From Acidimicrobiales bacterium (GTDB lineage Bacteria > Actinomycetota > Acidimicrobiia > Acidimicrobiales > DATDAH01): 64,000 nt of DNA. The first letter of the stretch is position 1. Every line of letters begins with the position of its first letter. Under the pieces are notes generated by a model, which had not been told where the DNA came from, did no database searches, and saw only the letters and a list, made by a program, of their open reading frames with translations. Shown one piece after another: positions 27,705 through 36,948 of the stretch. The translations under genes and the position numbers were made by a program. The stretch is from NCBI GenBank assembly GCA_044221555.1, contig JBGAOY010000015.1:1721-65720 (forward strand), written 5' to 3'.

Positions 27705-28289
27705 GTGGAGAAGAAGCGGCAGGATCAGGCTCGCCGGGCGTGGCTCTATCGGGGATTGGCGGTCGTGGCCTCGCTGGGCTTCGTGAGCGTCCTCGTGGTC
27801 AGCAGCTCGCGGGCGGCGTTCGTGGACACCACGGACAACGCCACCAACACGTTCAGTGCCGGTGACGTCGTCTTGAACGACGACGACACCGGCAGCGTGC
27901 TGTTCAACGTCGCCAACCTGGCGCCGGGCGACAGCCGGACCCGTTGCATCGCCGTCACCTACACCGGGTCCCTGACCGCCGACGTGCACCTCTACGGGAC
28001 CGTGGGGGGGACCGGCCTGGCCCAGTACCTGGACCTCGACATCGACGTCGGCAGCGGCGGCGACTTCGCCTCCTGCACCGGCTTCGCGTCGTCCTCGACC
28101 CTCTTCAACGGAACGCTCGCGGCCTTCGGTGGCGCGCACACCAACTTCGTCAACGGCCTCGGCGGCTTCGCCGGCGCCACGAACCCGACCACCCGGACCT
28201 ACCGGGTGACGGTGACCCTGCAGGACGTCAACGCCGCCCAGGGCCTGTCGGCGACGGCCGGGTTCACCTGGGAAGCCCAGAACGTCTGA
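27705..28289 (+). CDS. TasA/CalY-like exported protein with SipW-type signal (paralogue 1)
   Basis: Basic n-region, h-region, SRAAFVDTTDNATNTFSAGDVVL matching the AxFxD..N.F.AG SipW-cognate pattern; NLAPGDS, C-terminal FTWEAQN. Confidence 0.8.
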   Translation: MEKKRQDQARRAWLYRGLAVVASLGFVSVLVVSSSRAAFVDTTDNATNTFSAGDVVLNDDDTGSVLFNVANLAPGDSRTRCIAVTYTGSLTADVHLYGTVGGTGLAQYLDLDIDVGSGGDFASCTGFASSSTLFNGTLAAFGGAHTNFVNGLGGFAGATNPTTRTYRVTVTLQDVNAAQGLSATAGFTWEAQNV

Positions 28290-28307
28290 CGGGTCGCGGT
28301 CGATCCG

Positions 28308-30776
28308 GTGGACCGCGGACCCGTGACACCCACGCCTCCGCCCGGGCCCGAGCGGCCCCGTGGAGCGGGCGACGGGCCCGAGCGGCCCCGTGGAGCGGGC
28401 GACGGGCCCGAGCGGCCCCGTGGAGCGGGCGGCGGGCGGGCGCCCACCGTCGGGCGGTTCGCGGCCGGCCTCGTCGGGCTGTTCGTCGTCACCACGGTCG
28501 GCTGGATGGGGCTGTGGGCGGCGGCGACCACGTTCCTCTACGGCTCGGTGCCGGTGGTGGTGTCGTCGGGGTCGATGGCCCCCGCCCTCGACGTGGGCGA
28601 CCTGGTGGTGGTCGAGCCGTACCACGGGCAGGGCATCCACACCGGCACCGTGGTGGTGTTCGACGACCAGGCTGCGGGCCGATCGACCATCCACCGTGTG
28701 GTGAAGGTGAAGGACGACGGCACCTTCACCACACGCGGCGATGCCAACCCCGTCGCCGACTCGACGCCGCTCGAGCTCTCTGAGGTCGATGCCTCGGGTC
28801 GATTCCTGCTGCCCCGCATGGGCCTTCCGATCGTGTGGGCCCAACAGGGCCGCTGGTTGCTGGTGGTGCTGGCGCTGGCCGGCCTGGTGCTCGCGGTGTG
28901 GCTGGCCCGGTTCGCGTTGCTCGACATCCACGACCCCTGGCTGGCCGGCACGGTGCCCGAGCCGGGCACGGGGCCCACCCTGCCGCAGCGCCTCGTCGAC
29001 GCGCTGGAGCGGGCGCGGGTCACGATCGGTGAGGTGGGGGTGCCCCGGGGGCTGGCCCATGTGGCCCGCCGGCGGACGGCCGAGGTCGCGGCGGTGCTGT
29101 TGGCCGTCGTCCTCGCCCACGCCACGGTCACCGCGTACGCCGCCTTCGCCGACACCACGGCGAACGGCCCCAACCAGTTCGCCGCCGACACGCTCACGCC
29201 CCCGAGTGGACTGTCGGTGGCCGCCTCGGGGTGTGGGGGCGCGTCGGCCATCGTCGAGGTCGACTCAGCGACGGCCGTGAACTCCGCCAGCGGCGCCAGC
29301 GTCGTCGTCAGCCGTCCCGCCACCGCGCAGGTGGGCAACCTCCTGGTGGCGCAGGTCGCGTTCCACACGCACAGCTTCGTGGGAACGATCAGCCCGCCCT
29401 CGGGGTGGACGACCGTCCGGGTGGACAACGACAGCAACCACGAGATCCAGGGGGTGTTCTGGAAGTTCGTGTCGGCCTCCGAGCCGGCGACCTACACCTT
29501 CACCAACACCACCGCGGACACCGGCCGGGAGGGCTCGGGCGGGATCGTCGCCTATGACGGTGTCGACACCGTCACGCCGATCGACGCGCATGGTGCCACC
29601 GTGTACCCCGCGGGCGGGTCGTCCATCACGGCTCCCTCCCTCAACACGACCGTGCCCGGCACCCGGCTGCTCACCCTCGTCGGCCAGCGGGCCAATGGGC
29701 CGGTGACTCCGCCCACCGGCATGACCGAGCGCTTCGAGGTCACGTCGAGCAACCAGAACCTGGTCGAGTTCTCGGACCAAGCCGTCTCCGCCGCCGGCGC
29801 CACCGGAACCCGCACCGCGACGTCGGCGGACAACGGCTCGTCGGTGGCCCAGTCGGTGGCGCTCCGCCCGCTCCAGGTCGCCAGCGTGGGCTCGGCGGGG
29901 GTGGGCAGCGCGACCAACGGCGACACCTCGACGATCTCGCTGCCGGTCCCTGCGGCCGCCGCCGCCGGTGACGTGCTGGTCGCCCACGTGGTGCTGCACA
30001 GCCACGTGTTCGGTGCGAATCCTCTGCCGGCGCCGTCGGGGTGGACGCGGGTCCGCACCGACAGCGACAACAGCCACGTGATCGCGGCGGTGTTCTGGCG
30101 GGTGGCCACGGGCTCCGAGCCGGCGTCCTACACGTTCACCAACAACTCGGGGGACACCACCCAGCAGGCCACCGGGGCGATCATGGCCTACCGCGGTGTG
30201 GACACGGCCCATCCCATCGACGCCCACGCGGGGACGACCGCGGTCACCGGCGCCGACACGCTGGTCGCCCCCTCGGTCACCACGACACGGCCCAACACGC
30301 GCCTGCTCTCGCTCGTGGGCGTCTACGGCAACGACCAGGGCCCGGCCACGCCACCGGCATCGATGACCGAGCGCTACGAGGACACCGTGGTGAGCGAGCT
30401 GTCTGTGGTCGAGACGCTGGGCGAGGCCGCCGACGAGCGCCTGCCGGCCGCCGGTGCCAGTGGCACCCGCTCGACGACCGTTCCCAACACGGACACGTCG
30501 GTGGCCCAGGCCATCGCCCTTCGACCCGACACCGGTGAGCCGAACGCCGACCTGACGTGGACGCCGTCGGCGTCGGCGGCAGTGGACGGCTACATCGTCG
30601 AGCGGTGGATCGGGGGAGTGCTGGACAGCTCGACCACGGTCACCCCGGGCACCGCTTCGTCGTACACCGACGGCCCCCTCGTGTCGGGCACGACCTACAC
30701 CTACCGGGTGATCGCCACGGCTGGGAACTGGCGATCGGCGCCGCTGACCACCACGTACACGCCGGCCAACTGCTGA
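28308..30776 (+). CDS. SipW-type signal peptidase fused to a SipW-signal-bearing adhesin-like protein (two ~210-aa beta repeats within an FN3-like domain)
   Basis: VVSSGSMAP, TIHRVV, TRGDAN; internal TAYAAFADTTANGPNQFAAD; two repeats each ending ALRP; C-terminal LTWTPS..GYIVER..YTYRVIATAGNWRS. Confidence 0.8.
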   Translation: MDRGPVTPTPPPGPERPRGAGDGPERPRGAGDGPERPRGAGGGRAPTVGRFAAGLVGLFVVTTVGWMGLWAAATTFLYGSVPVVVSSGSMAPALDVGDLVVVEPYHGQGIHTGTVVVFDDQAAGRSTIHRVVKVKDDGTFTTRGDANPVADSTPLELSEVDASGRFLLPRMGLPIVWAQQGRWLLVVLALAGLVLAVWLARFALLDIHDPWLAGTVPEPGTGPTLPQRLVDALERARVTIGEVGVPRGLAHVARRRTAEVAAVLLAVVLAHATVTAYAAFADTTANGPNQFAADTLTPPSGLSVAASGCGGASAIVEVDSATAVNSASGASVVVSRPATAQVGNLLVAQVAFHTHSFVGTISPPSGWTTVRVDNDSNHEIQGVFWKFVSASEPATYTFTNTTADTGREGSGGIVAYDGVDTVTPIDAHGATVYPAGGSSITAPSLNTTVPGTRLLTLVGQRANGPVTPPTGMTERFEVTSSNQNLVEFSDQAVSAAGATGTRTATSADNGSSVAQSVALRPLQVASVGSAGVGSATNGDTSTISLPVPAAAAAGDVLVAHVVLHSHVFGANPLPAPSGWTRVRTDSDNSHVIAAVFWRVATGSEPASYTFTNNSGDTTQQATGAIMAYRGVDTAHPIDAHAGTTAVTGADTLVAPSVTTTRPNTRLLSLVGVYGNDQGPATPPASMTERYEDTVVSELSVVETLGEAADERLPAAGASGTRSTTVPNTDTSVAQAIALRPDTGEPNADLTWTPSASAAVDGYIVERWIGGVLDSSTTVTPGTASSYTDGPLVSGTTYTYRVIATAGNWRSAPLTTTYTPANC
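28344..28433 (+). repeat. 3 x 30-bp tandem repeat encoding GPERPRGAGD
   Basis: GGGCCCGAGCGGCCCCGTGGAGCGGGCGAC at 28344, 28374, 28404 (last ends GGC). Confidence 0.95.
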
Positions 30777-30845
30777 GCCGGCGCTCGCGCTCGACCTCTC
30801 CCGGCCCCTGCGGCGCCCAGTCGTCGACCGATAGGGTCGGCGCCC

Positions 30846-32327
30846 GTGAACCCCTTCGCGAGGGCCCGGTTCGTCGTGGCCCGTGATCAGACCCTCGGTA
30901 CCCTGCTCGCCCGGTTGGCGGCGTTCCACGGCGACGGCCGCCTCGTCACCGAGGCCGGCGGCGAGGAGCTCACCTACGCCGCCGCCGCCGATCGGGTGGC
31001 GCGCTGGGCGGGGGCGGTGGCCGAGCGGGTGTCGCCGGGCGATCGCGTGGTGCTCGTCCTCCCGAACGGCTACGACCTGCTCCTGGCCTGCCTGGCGGTG
31101 TCGCGGGCGGGTGCCATCCCGGTGCCGGTCAACGACCGCATGCGCCCCGACGAGGTCGAGCACGTGGTGGAGGACTCCGGCGCCCACCTGATCGTCCGCG
31201 ACCTGGCCGACCTCGACGGTGCCGAGCCCCTGGCCGACGCGGTGGCGGCCGACCCGTCCGACGTGGCCGCGCTCTTCTACACCTCGGGCACCACCGGCAA
31301 GCCGAAGGGGGCCGAGCTCACCCACCGGGCCCTGATCGGCGGTGTGACCGCCGGTGCCGCCAACCCCGACTGGCTACGCCACGACGAGGCGGTGGTGGGG
31401 CTGCCCATCGCCCACATCATGGGCTTCGCCGCCCTCGTCGGTCTGGGCTGCGCCGGCATCGCCGTCTACTTCGTCCCCCACTTCCGGCCCATCGACGTGC
31501 TCGACGCCCTCGAGACCCGCAAGTCGTCGCTGTTCATCGGCGTGCCGGCGATGTACCGGATGATGTCCGAGGCCGGTGCGGCCGAGCGCGACCTCAGCTC
31601 CGTGCGGGCCTGGATCTCGGGCGCCGACGCCATGCCGCCCGACCTGGCCGCCGAGTTCCGGCGCTACGGCGCCATCGCCCACCTCCCCGGCATCGGCTCG
31701 GTCGGCGACGCCCTGTTCGTCGAGGGCTACGGCATGGTCGAGACCGGTGGTGCGGCCGCGGCGAAGCTGTCCATGCCCGTGGTCGGCGAGTCCCTGCTCC
31801 CGCTGCCCGGGTACACCTTCCGCGTGGTCGACGAACTCGGCCACGACGTGGCGGTGGGCGGCGAGGGCGAGCTGTGGATGAAGGGGCCCGGCGTCCTGAA
31901 GGGGTACTGGGGCAGCCCCGAGGCCACCGCCGACGCGGTGACCGCCGACGGCTGGCTGCGCACCGGCGACCTGGTGCGCAAGGGGATGTTGGGAACGGCC
32001 ACCTTCGCGGGCCGCAAGAAGGACGTGTTCATGCACGGCGGCTACTCGGTGTACGCCCGCGAGGTCGAGCAGGCGCTCGAGGAGCACCCCGAGGTGCTCG
32101 AGGCCGCCGTGGTGGGGCTCCCCGACGAGCGCAAGGGCGCCATCCCCGCGGCTGCGGTGCGGGTGTCCGACGGGGCCGCGCTCACCGCCGACGAGCTCGT
32201 CGAGTGGGCGGGCGAGCGCCTGTCGTCCTACAAGGCGCCGCAACGCGTCCTGGTGGTGGACGACCTGCCCCGCACGGGCACCACCAAGGTGCAGAAGAAG
32301 GAAGTCATCGCCCTGTTCGATGCGTGA
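30846..32327 (+). CDS. AMP-binding acyl-CoA synthetase family protein
   Basis: YTSGTTGKPKG, EGYGMVETG, WLRTGDL, PRTGTTKVQK. Confidence 0.9.
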   Translation: MNPFARARFVVARDQTLGTLLARLAAFHGDGRLVTEAGGEELTYAAAADRVARWAGAVAERVSPGDRVVLVLPNGYDLLLACLAVSRAGAIPVPVNDRMRPDEVEHVVEDSGAHLIVRDLADLDGAEPLADAVAADPSDVAALFYTSGTTGKPKGAELTHRALIGGVTAGAANPDWLRHDEAVVGLPIAHIMGFAALVGLGCAGIAVYFVPHFRPIDVLDALETRKSSLFIGVPAMYRMMSEAGAAERDLSSVRAWISGADAMPPDLAAEFRRYGAIAHLPGIGSVGDALFVEGYGMVETGGAAAAKLSMPVVGESLLPLPGYTFRVVDELGHDVAVGGEGELWMKGPGVLKGYWGSPEATADAVTADGWLRTGDLVRKGMLGTATFAGRKKDVFMHGGYSVYAREVEQALEEHPEVLEAAVVGLPDERKGAIPAAAVRVSDGAALTADELVEWAGERLSSYKAPQRVLVVDDLPRTGTTKVQKKEVIALFDA

Positions 32328-32357
32328 CCCGCACGCTGACGGGTGGCCGGGGGCTCG

Positions 32358-32810
32358 CTAGGGGGACGTGCGCAGGTCGACCACCAGGCGCTCGTCGGCG
32401 GTGACCTCGACGGGGTACTGGGTGAGGCCCTCGCCGTCGGCGGGGAAGGTGACGGCGTCGTCGCAGCTCGAACGGAACCCGGCGGTGTCGGCGTCCCACA
32501 CGGCCAGGCAGTCGTCGGTGCCGGGCACGCGCGCCTCGAACGCCAACCAGCCCTGGTTCTGGGAATCGCCGAGGTGCTGGACGTAGATGTCGCGGCTGCC
32601 GCCGGACGCGTCGTTGAACGCGAGCGGCCGCCCGTCGCCGTCGGCGATCTCCCGGGCCAGGCCCTCGGTGTACCCGGCGTTGAACTCGTCGTCGCCCACC
32701 CGCACGTCGGCCTGTCCGGACGAGGCGAGCTGCAGCACCAGCCACCCCGTGCCCAGGCCGACCACAACGGCCACGACGGCGATCAGGACGGCTTTGGTGC
32801 CCTTGCTCAT
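32358..32810 (-). CDS. Membrane-anchored protein resembling a Rieske fold without Fe-S ligands
   Basis: N-terminal TM; [14 protein letters not shown]....[23 protein letters not shown]...LVVDL. Confidence 0.6.
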   Translation of the reverse strand: MSKGTKAVLIAVVAVVVGLGTGWLVLQLASSGQADVRVGDDEFNAGYTEGLAREIADGDGRPLAFNDASGGSRDIYVQHLGDSQNQGWLAFEARVPGTDDCLAVWDADTAGFRSSCDDAVTFPADGEGLTQYPVEVTADERLVVDLRTSP

Positions 32811-32831
32811 GCCCTCTTACTATCGGCCGCC

Positions 32832-33254
32832 GTGGATCACCGCTACCGGGTCGTCGTGGCCAAGACCGGCCTCGACGGTCACGACCGCGGTGTGAAGGTG
32901 ATCGCCCGGGCCCTGCGCGACGCGGGGTTCGAGGTCATCTACACCGGCCTGTTCCAGACCCCGGAGCAGGTGGCGGCCGCAGTGGTGCAGGAGGATGCCG
33001 ACGCCGTGGGGCTCTCGGTGCTCTCCGGCGCCCATCTCACGCTCTTCCCCCGGGTCATCGCCGAGTTGGCCGCGCGCGGCCGCGACGACGCCCTGGTCTT
33101 CGGCGGCGGGATCATCCCCGACGCCGACATCGCCACCCTCAAAGCACAGGGTGTGGCCGAGGTGTTCAACCCGGGCACCTCGATCGACACCATCACCGAT
33201 TGGCTCGCCGCGGCCCTCGCCGAGCGCGAGCGACGACTGGAGGATCCCACCTAG
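32832..33254 (+). CDS. Stand-alone cobalamin-binding domain (methylmalonyl-CoA mutase C-terminal-like)
   Basis: [42 protein letters not shown]. Confidence 0.92.
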   Translation: MDHRYRVVVAKTGLDGHDRGVKVIARALRDAGFEVIYTGLFQTPEQVAAAVVQEDADAVGLSVLSGAHLTLFPRVIAELAARGRDDALVFGGGIIPDADIATLKAQGVAEVFNPGTSIDTITDWLAAALAERERRLEDPT

Positions 33255-34402
33255 TGGACCTGTACGAATATCAGGGGAAGCAGTTCTTCGCTTCCTACGA
33301 CATCCCCGTCTCGCCCGGCGAGGCGGTCACCACGGTGGACGACGCCGTCGCCGCGGCCGACCGCATCGGCTACCCGGTGGTGGTGAAGGCCCAGGTGCAG
33401 GTCGGCGGGCGCGGCAAGGCCGGCGGCATCAAGCTGGCCGACGACGCCGCGTCGTGCCGCGAGCACGCCCAGAACATCCTGGGCATGGACATCAAGGGCC
33501 ACACGGTCGAGATCGTGTGGATCGAGCTGGCCTCCGACATCGCCGAGGAGTACTACGCCAGCTTCACCCTCGACCGGGCCGCCAAGAAGCACCTCGGCAT
33601 GCTGTCGGCCGAGGGCGGCGTGGAGATCGAGGCGGTCGCGGCCGACAACCCCGACGCCATCGCCAAGATCCACATCGACCCGGTCGACGGGCTGACGCCC
33701 GAGGCCTGCCGTGAGTGGGTCGTCGCGGCCGACCTGAACCCCGACGTCACCGACGGCACGGTCGACATCCTGCTCAAGCTCTACCGGGCCTACACCGAGG
33801 GCGACGCCGACCTGGTGGAGATCAACCCGCTGATCGTGAAGCCCGACGGCGCCGTGCACGCGCTCGACGCCAAGGTCACCCTCGACGGCAACGCGCTGTT
33901 CCGCCACCCGGACTACGAGCAGTACGACGCCACCCAGGTGCGTGACGAGCGTGAGCAGGCCGCCCACGAGAAGGGGCTGCAGTACGTGGGCCTCGACGGC
34001 ACCGTGGGCATCATCGCCAACGGCGCCGGCCTGGCCATGAGCACCGTCGACGTGGTGAGCCAGGTGGGCGGGTCACCCGCCAACTTCCTCGACATCGGCG
34101 GCGGCGCCAACGCCGACGTGATGGCCGGCGCGCTGGAGGTCATCAACAACGACGAGAAGGTGCGGTCGATCTTCATCAACATCTTCGGGGGCATCACCCG
34201 CGGCGAGGAAGTGGCCAACGGCATCGTGCAGGCCCTGGGCCGGGTGGAGATCAACTCGCCCATCGTCATCCGTCTCGACGGCACCAACGCGGACGAGGGC
34301 CGGGCCATCCTGGCCGAGCACGCCTCCGAGAACCTCACGTCCGAGCCCACCATGCTCGACGCCGCCCGCCGTGCCGTGGCCCTCGCGGCCGAAGGAGCCT
34401 GA
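33254..34402 (+). CDS. sucC: Succinyl-CoA synthetase beta subunit
   Basis: MDLYEYQGK, KAQVQVGGRGKAGG, GNGAGL-like ANGAGLAM, NFLDIGGGA, NIFGGI. Confidence 0.97.
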   Translation: MDLYEYQGKQFFASYDIPVSPGEAVTTVDDAVAAADRIGYPVVVKAQVQVGGRGKAGGIKLADDAASCREHAQNILGMDIKGHTVEIVWIELASDIAEEYYASFTLDRAAKKHLGMLSAEGGVEIEAVAADNPDAIAKIHIDPVDGLTPEACREWVVAADLNPDVTDGTVDILLKLYRAYTEGDADLVEINPLIVKPDGAVHALDAKVTLDGNALFRHPDYEQYDATQVRDEREQAAHEKGLQYVGLDGTVGIIANGAGLAMSTVDVVSQVGGSPANFLDIGGGANADVMAGALEVINNDEKVRSIFINIFGGITRGEEVANGIVQALGRVEINSPIVIRLDGTNADEGRAILAEHASENLTSEPTMLDAARRAVALAAEGA

Positions 34403-34407
34403 TCCTG

Positions 34408-35292
34408 ATGGCAATCTTTGTCGATGAGAACACCAAGGTCGTCTACCAGGGCCTGACCGGCAGCCAGGGCCGCTTCTACGGCCTGCGCAACCGGGACTAC
34501 GGCACCCAGGTGGTGGCCGGCACCAACCCCAAGAAGGCCGGCGAGGACGTGGACGGCATCCCCATCTTCGCCTCGGTGGGCGAGGCGGTGGAGGCCACCG
34601 GCGCCGACGTGTCCTGCATCTTCATCCCGGCCCCCGGCGTGAAGGCCGCGGTCATGGAGGCCGCCGAGGGCGGCGTGAAGATGATCGTGGTCATCACCGA
34701 GGGTGTGCCCGCCCACGACGAGGCCCTCTTCTACAACCAGCTCAAGCGGGACTTCCCCGACGTGCAGCTGCTGGGCCCGAACTGCCCCGGCATCATCAGC
34801 CCCGGCAAGTGCAACATCGGCATCACCGCCGGCGAGATCGCCATGGGCGGCGGCCCGGTGGGCATCGTGAGCCGCTCGGGCACCCTCACCTACCAGGCGC
34901 TGCACGAGCTCACCCAGAAGGGCATCGGCCAGACCACCTGCGTGGGCATCGGCGGCGATCCCGTCCCCGGCACCACGTTCATCGACTGCCTCGAGCGCTT
35001 CGAGGCCGACCCCGAGACCAAGGCCGTCATGATGATCGGCGAGATCGGCGGCTCGGCCGAGGAGGAGGCAGCGGAGTTCATCGCCAACTCGATGACCAAG
35101 CCGGTGTCGGCCTACGTGGCGGGCGTGACGGCGCCCCCCGGGAAGAAGATGGGCCACGCAGGCGCCATCGTGTCGGGCGGCAAGGGCACCGCGGCGGCCA
35201 AGATGGACGCCCTGCGGGCCGCCGGCGTGCAGGTGGGCCAGAACCCCACGGAGGCCGGCGAGCTGATGGCCGACATCGTGGGGGCGCTCTAG
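34408..35292 (+). CDS. sucD: Succinyl-CoA synthetase alpha subunit
   Basis: QGLTGSQG, GPNCPG, SRSGTLTY, GIGGDP, MGHAGA. Confidence 0.97.
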   Translation: MAIFVDENTKVVYQGLTGSQGRFYGLRNRDYGTQVVAGTNPKKAGEDVDGIPIFASVGEAVEATGADVSCIFIPAPGVKAAVMEAAEGGVKMIVVITEGVPAHDEALFYNQLKRDFPDVQLLGPNCPGIISPGKCNIGITAGEIAMGGGPVGIVSRSGTLTYQALHELTQKGIGQTTCVGIGGDPVPGTTFIDCLERFEADPETKAVMMIGEIGGSAEEEAAEFIANSMTKPVSAYVAGVTAPPGKKMGHAGAIVSGGKGTAAAKMDALRAAGVQVGQNPTEAGELMADIVGAL

Positions 35293-35310
35293 GGGGAGGG
35301 GGCTGCCCCC

Positions 35311-35416
35311 GCGGGTCGGCGGGTCCTGTCCCCGATCCGGTATCCAGGACCGCCGCCAAAACCAGAAACGGCGGCGGCTCCTGGACCCTCCGGATCGGCG
35401 CCACCCGCCGACCCGC
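35311..35416. repeat. Long interrupted palindrome between convergent sucD and the glycan island
   Basis: Paired arms GCGGGTCGGCGGGT/ACCCGCCGACCCGC, CGATCCGG/CCGGATCG, TCCAGGA/TCCTGGA, CCGCCGCC/GGCGGCGG. Confidence 0.85.
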
Positions 35417-35427
35417 TACCCCGTTCT

Positions 35428-36948
35428 TCAGGGGTCGGTGGCCGCGTACGGTGGGGGGTTGGGGACGATCTCGTCCCACTCGACCAGCACTTCGTTCGGT
35501 TGTTGTTGGACGAAGCCGTCGGGGGTGTCGGGGATGCGCAGGGTGCCGCCGCCCTCGTCGCCGAAGGTGAGGCGCAGGGCCCACTTGCCGTCGCCGTTCT
35601 GGATGCCGCCGACCGCGTTGCGGTAGATGCGGGTGGGGCCGATCACGAAGTGGCTGGCGCCGGGGTCGCCCTCGCTGTTGGCCTCGATGTAGTGCAGCGC
35701 GGCCACGGCGTCGTCGCCGGCCTGGATCCACGAGCCGAGCGAGATGCGCTGGCCGACGAGGCAGACGAGCACGAAGAGGGCGACGCCCGAGCCGATGGCC
35801 AGGCGGGCGACGCGGTGCGAGGGCAGCGAGGCGTGGCTGCGCACCCAGGCGTAGCGGATCATGCCGACCACCACGAGCGCCGAGCCGATGGACGACGCCG
35901 CGTAGAGACGGTCGTTCTGGCCGTGTGAGCCGAGCGGCAGGGTGAAGCCCACCCACCCGCCGATGGCCATCAGCGCGATGCCGGCGAGCACGAGCGCGGG
36001 GCCGGTCTCGCGGTCGCGCTCGCCCTTCACCCACGCAACGGCGCACACGACGACGCCCACCGCCGCGACCGCGGCCAAGGCCAGGCGGAGCACCGCGGGC
36101 GGGGCGGCGCTGGCCAGCAGGCCGGTGCCGAAGTGGCCCGACCAGAACACCACGGGGTCGATCATCCGGAGCTCGAGCGGGTAGATCGAGTGGGTGGCCG
36201 ACCACCCGGCGGCGGCCAGGCTGAGGGCGATCACCACGGCCCGCTGCCAGACCGTGACCGGCCGGCCGGGTGCCCGCAGCTGCCACCGGCCGGGCACCAG
36301 CACCGGTGCCAGCAGGCAGATCGGCGTGAACAGCTCGTAGCACAGCACCGACGCGGCCAGCAGCAGGCCGGCGGCCACCCAGCGGCCGTGGGTGAGCGCC
36401 AACACGCCGGCGAGGGTGAGCACCAGCGCGACGAGGCCGTTGCCGCTGGCCCCCCACAGGGCGATGGTGTTGTGGTTCGGCACCAGCACCCACACGGCGG
36501 CGACCGCCACCGCCACCAGGGGCGACAGGTAGCGACCGAGCAGCAGGTAGAGGAGCACGGTGGCCAGCAGGTAGAGCGCGGTCACGAGGGCGAACAGCAC
36601 CAGCGGATGGGTGTCGGCGATGGCGTACAGAGCGGTGAGCGAGGCCCAGGTGCCGGGCCGGCTCTCGAGCATCGGGCGGGTCATGGCGCCGTTGAAGTGG
36701 CGGTACCCGGCCAGGCTCCAGTCGTCGAGCACGAAGCCCACGCCCTGCGCGGCGTACCAGGCCGCCCGGGCCAGGACGAGGGCAGCGAGGGCACCGACCG
36801 CCCACGCCGGACGCTCCAGGCGGCCGGCGACGCCCGAGGAGCCGGTGCGGCTGCCGGTGCCCGTGCTGCTGCCGGTGCCCGTGCTGCTGCCGGCGCCGGT
36901 GGGGTCGTCGTCGTCGTTGTCCCGCGTCTCGTCGTCGGCCGGGCTCAT
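35428..36948 (-). CDS. GT-C-like polytopic membrane protein (paralogue A)
   Basis: GFVLDDWSL acidic loop after first TM, SRPG, CYEL, DRLYA; many TMs; ATG overlaps epimerase stop. Confidence 0.65.
   Translation of the reverse strand: MSPADDETRDNDDDDPTGAGSSTGTGSSTGTGSRTGSSGVAGRLERPAWAVGALAALVLARAAWYAAQGVGFVLDDWSLAGYRHFNGAMTRPMLESRPGTWASLTALYAIADTHPLVLFALVTALYLLATVLLYLLLGRYLSPLVAVAVAAVWVLVPNHNTIALWGASGNGLVALVLTLAGVLALTHGRWVAAGLLLAASVLCYELFTPICLLAPVLVPGRWQLRAPGRPVTVWQRAVVIALSLAAAGWSATHSIYPLELRMIDPVVFWSGHFGTGLLASAAPPAVLRLALAAVAAVGVVVCAVAWVKGERDRETGPALVLAGIALMAIGGWVGFTLPLGSHGQNDRLYAASSIGSALVVVGMIRYAWVRSHASLPSHRVARLAIGSGVALFVLVCLVGQRISLGSWIQAGDDAVAALHYIEANSEGDPGASHFVIGPTRIYRNAVGGIQNGDGKWALRLTFGDEGGGTLRIPDTPDGFVQQQPNEVLVEWDEIVPNPPPYAATDP

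Noticed and set aside
28344-28433. Possible CRISPR array (also 54776-54895)
   Set aside because: Contiguous tandem units without unique spacers; no cas genes
27519-29120. 735-aa ORF 26913-29120 as one long signal peptidase
   Set aside because: The N-terminal 530 aa is the antisense of the tasA-like and fusion genes; only 26913-27518 has SipW motifs
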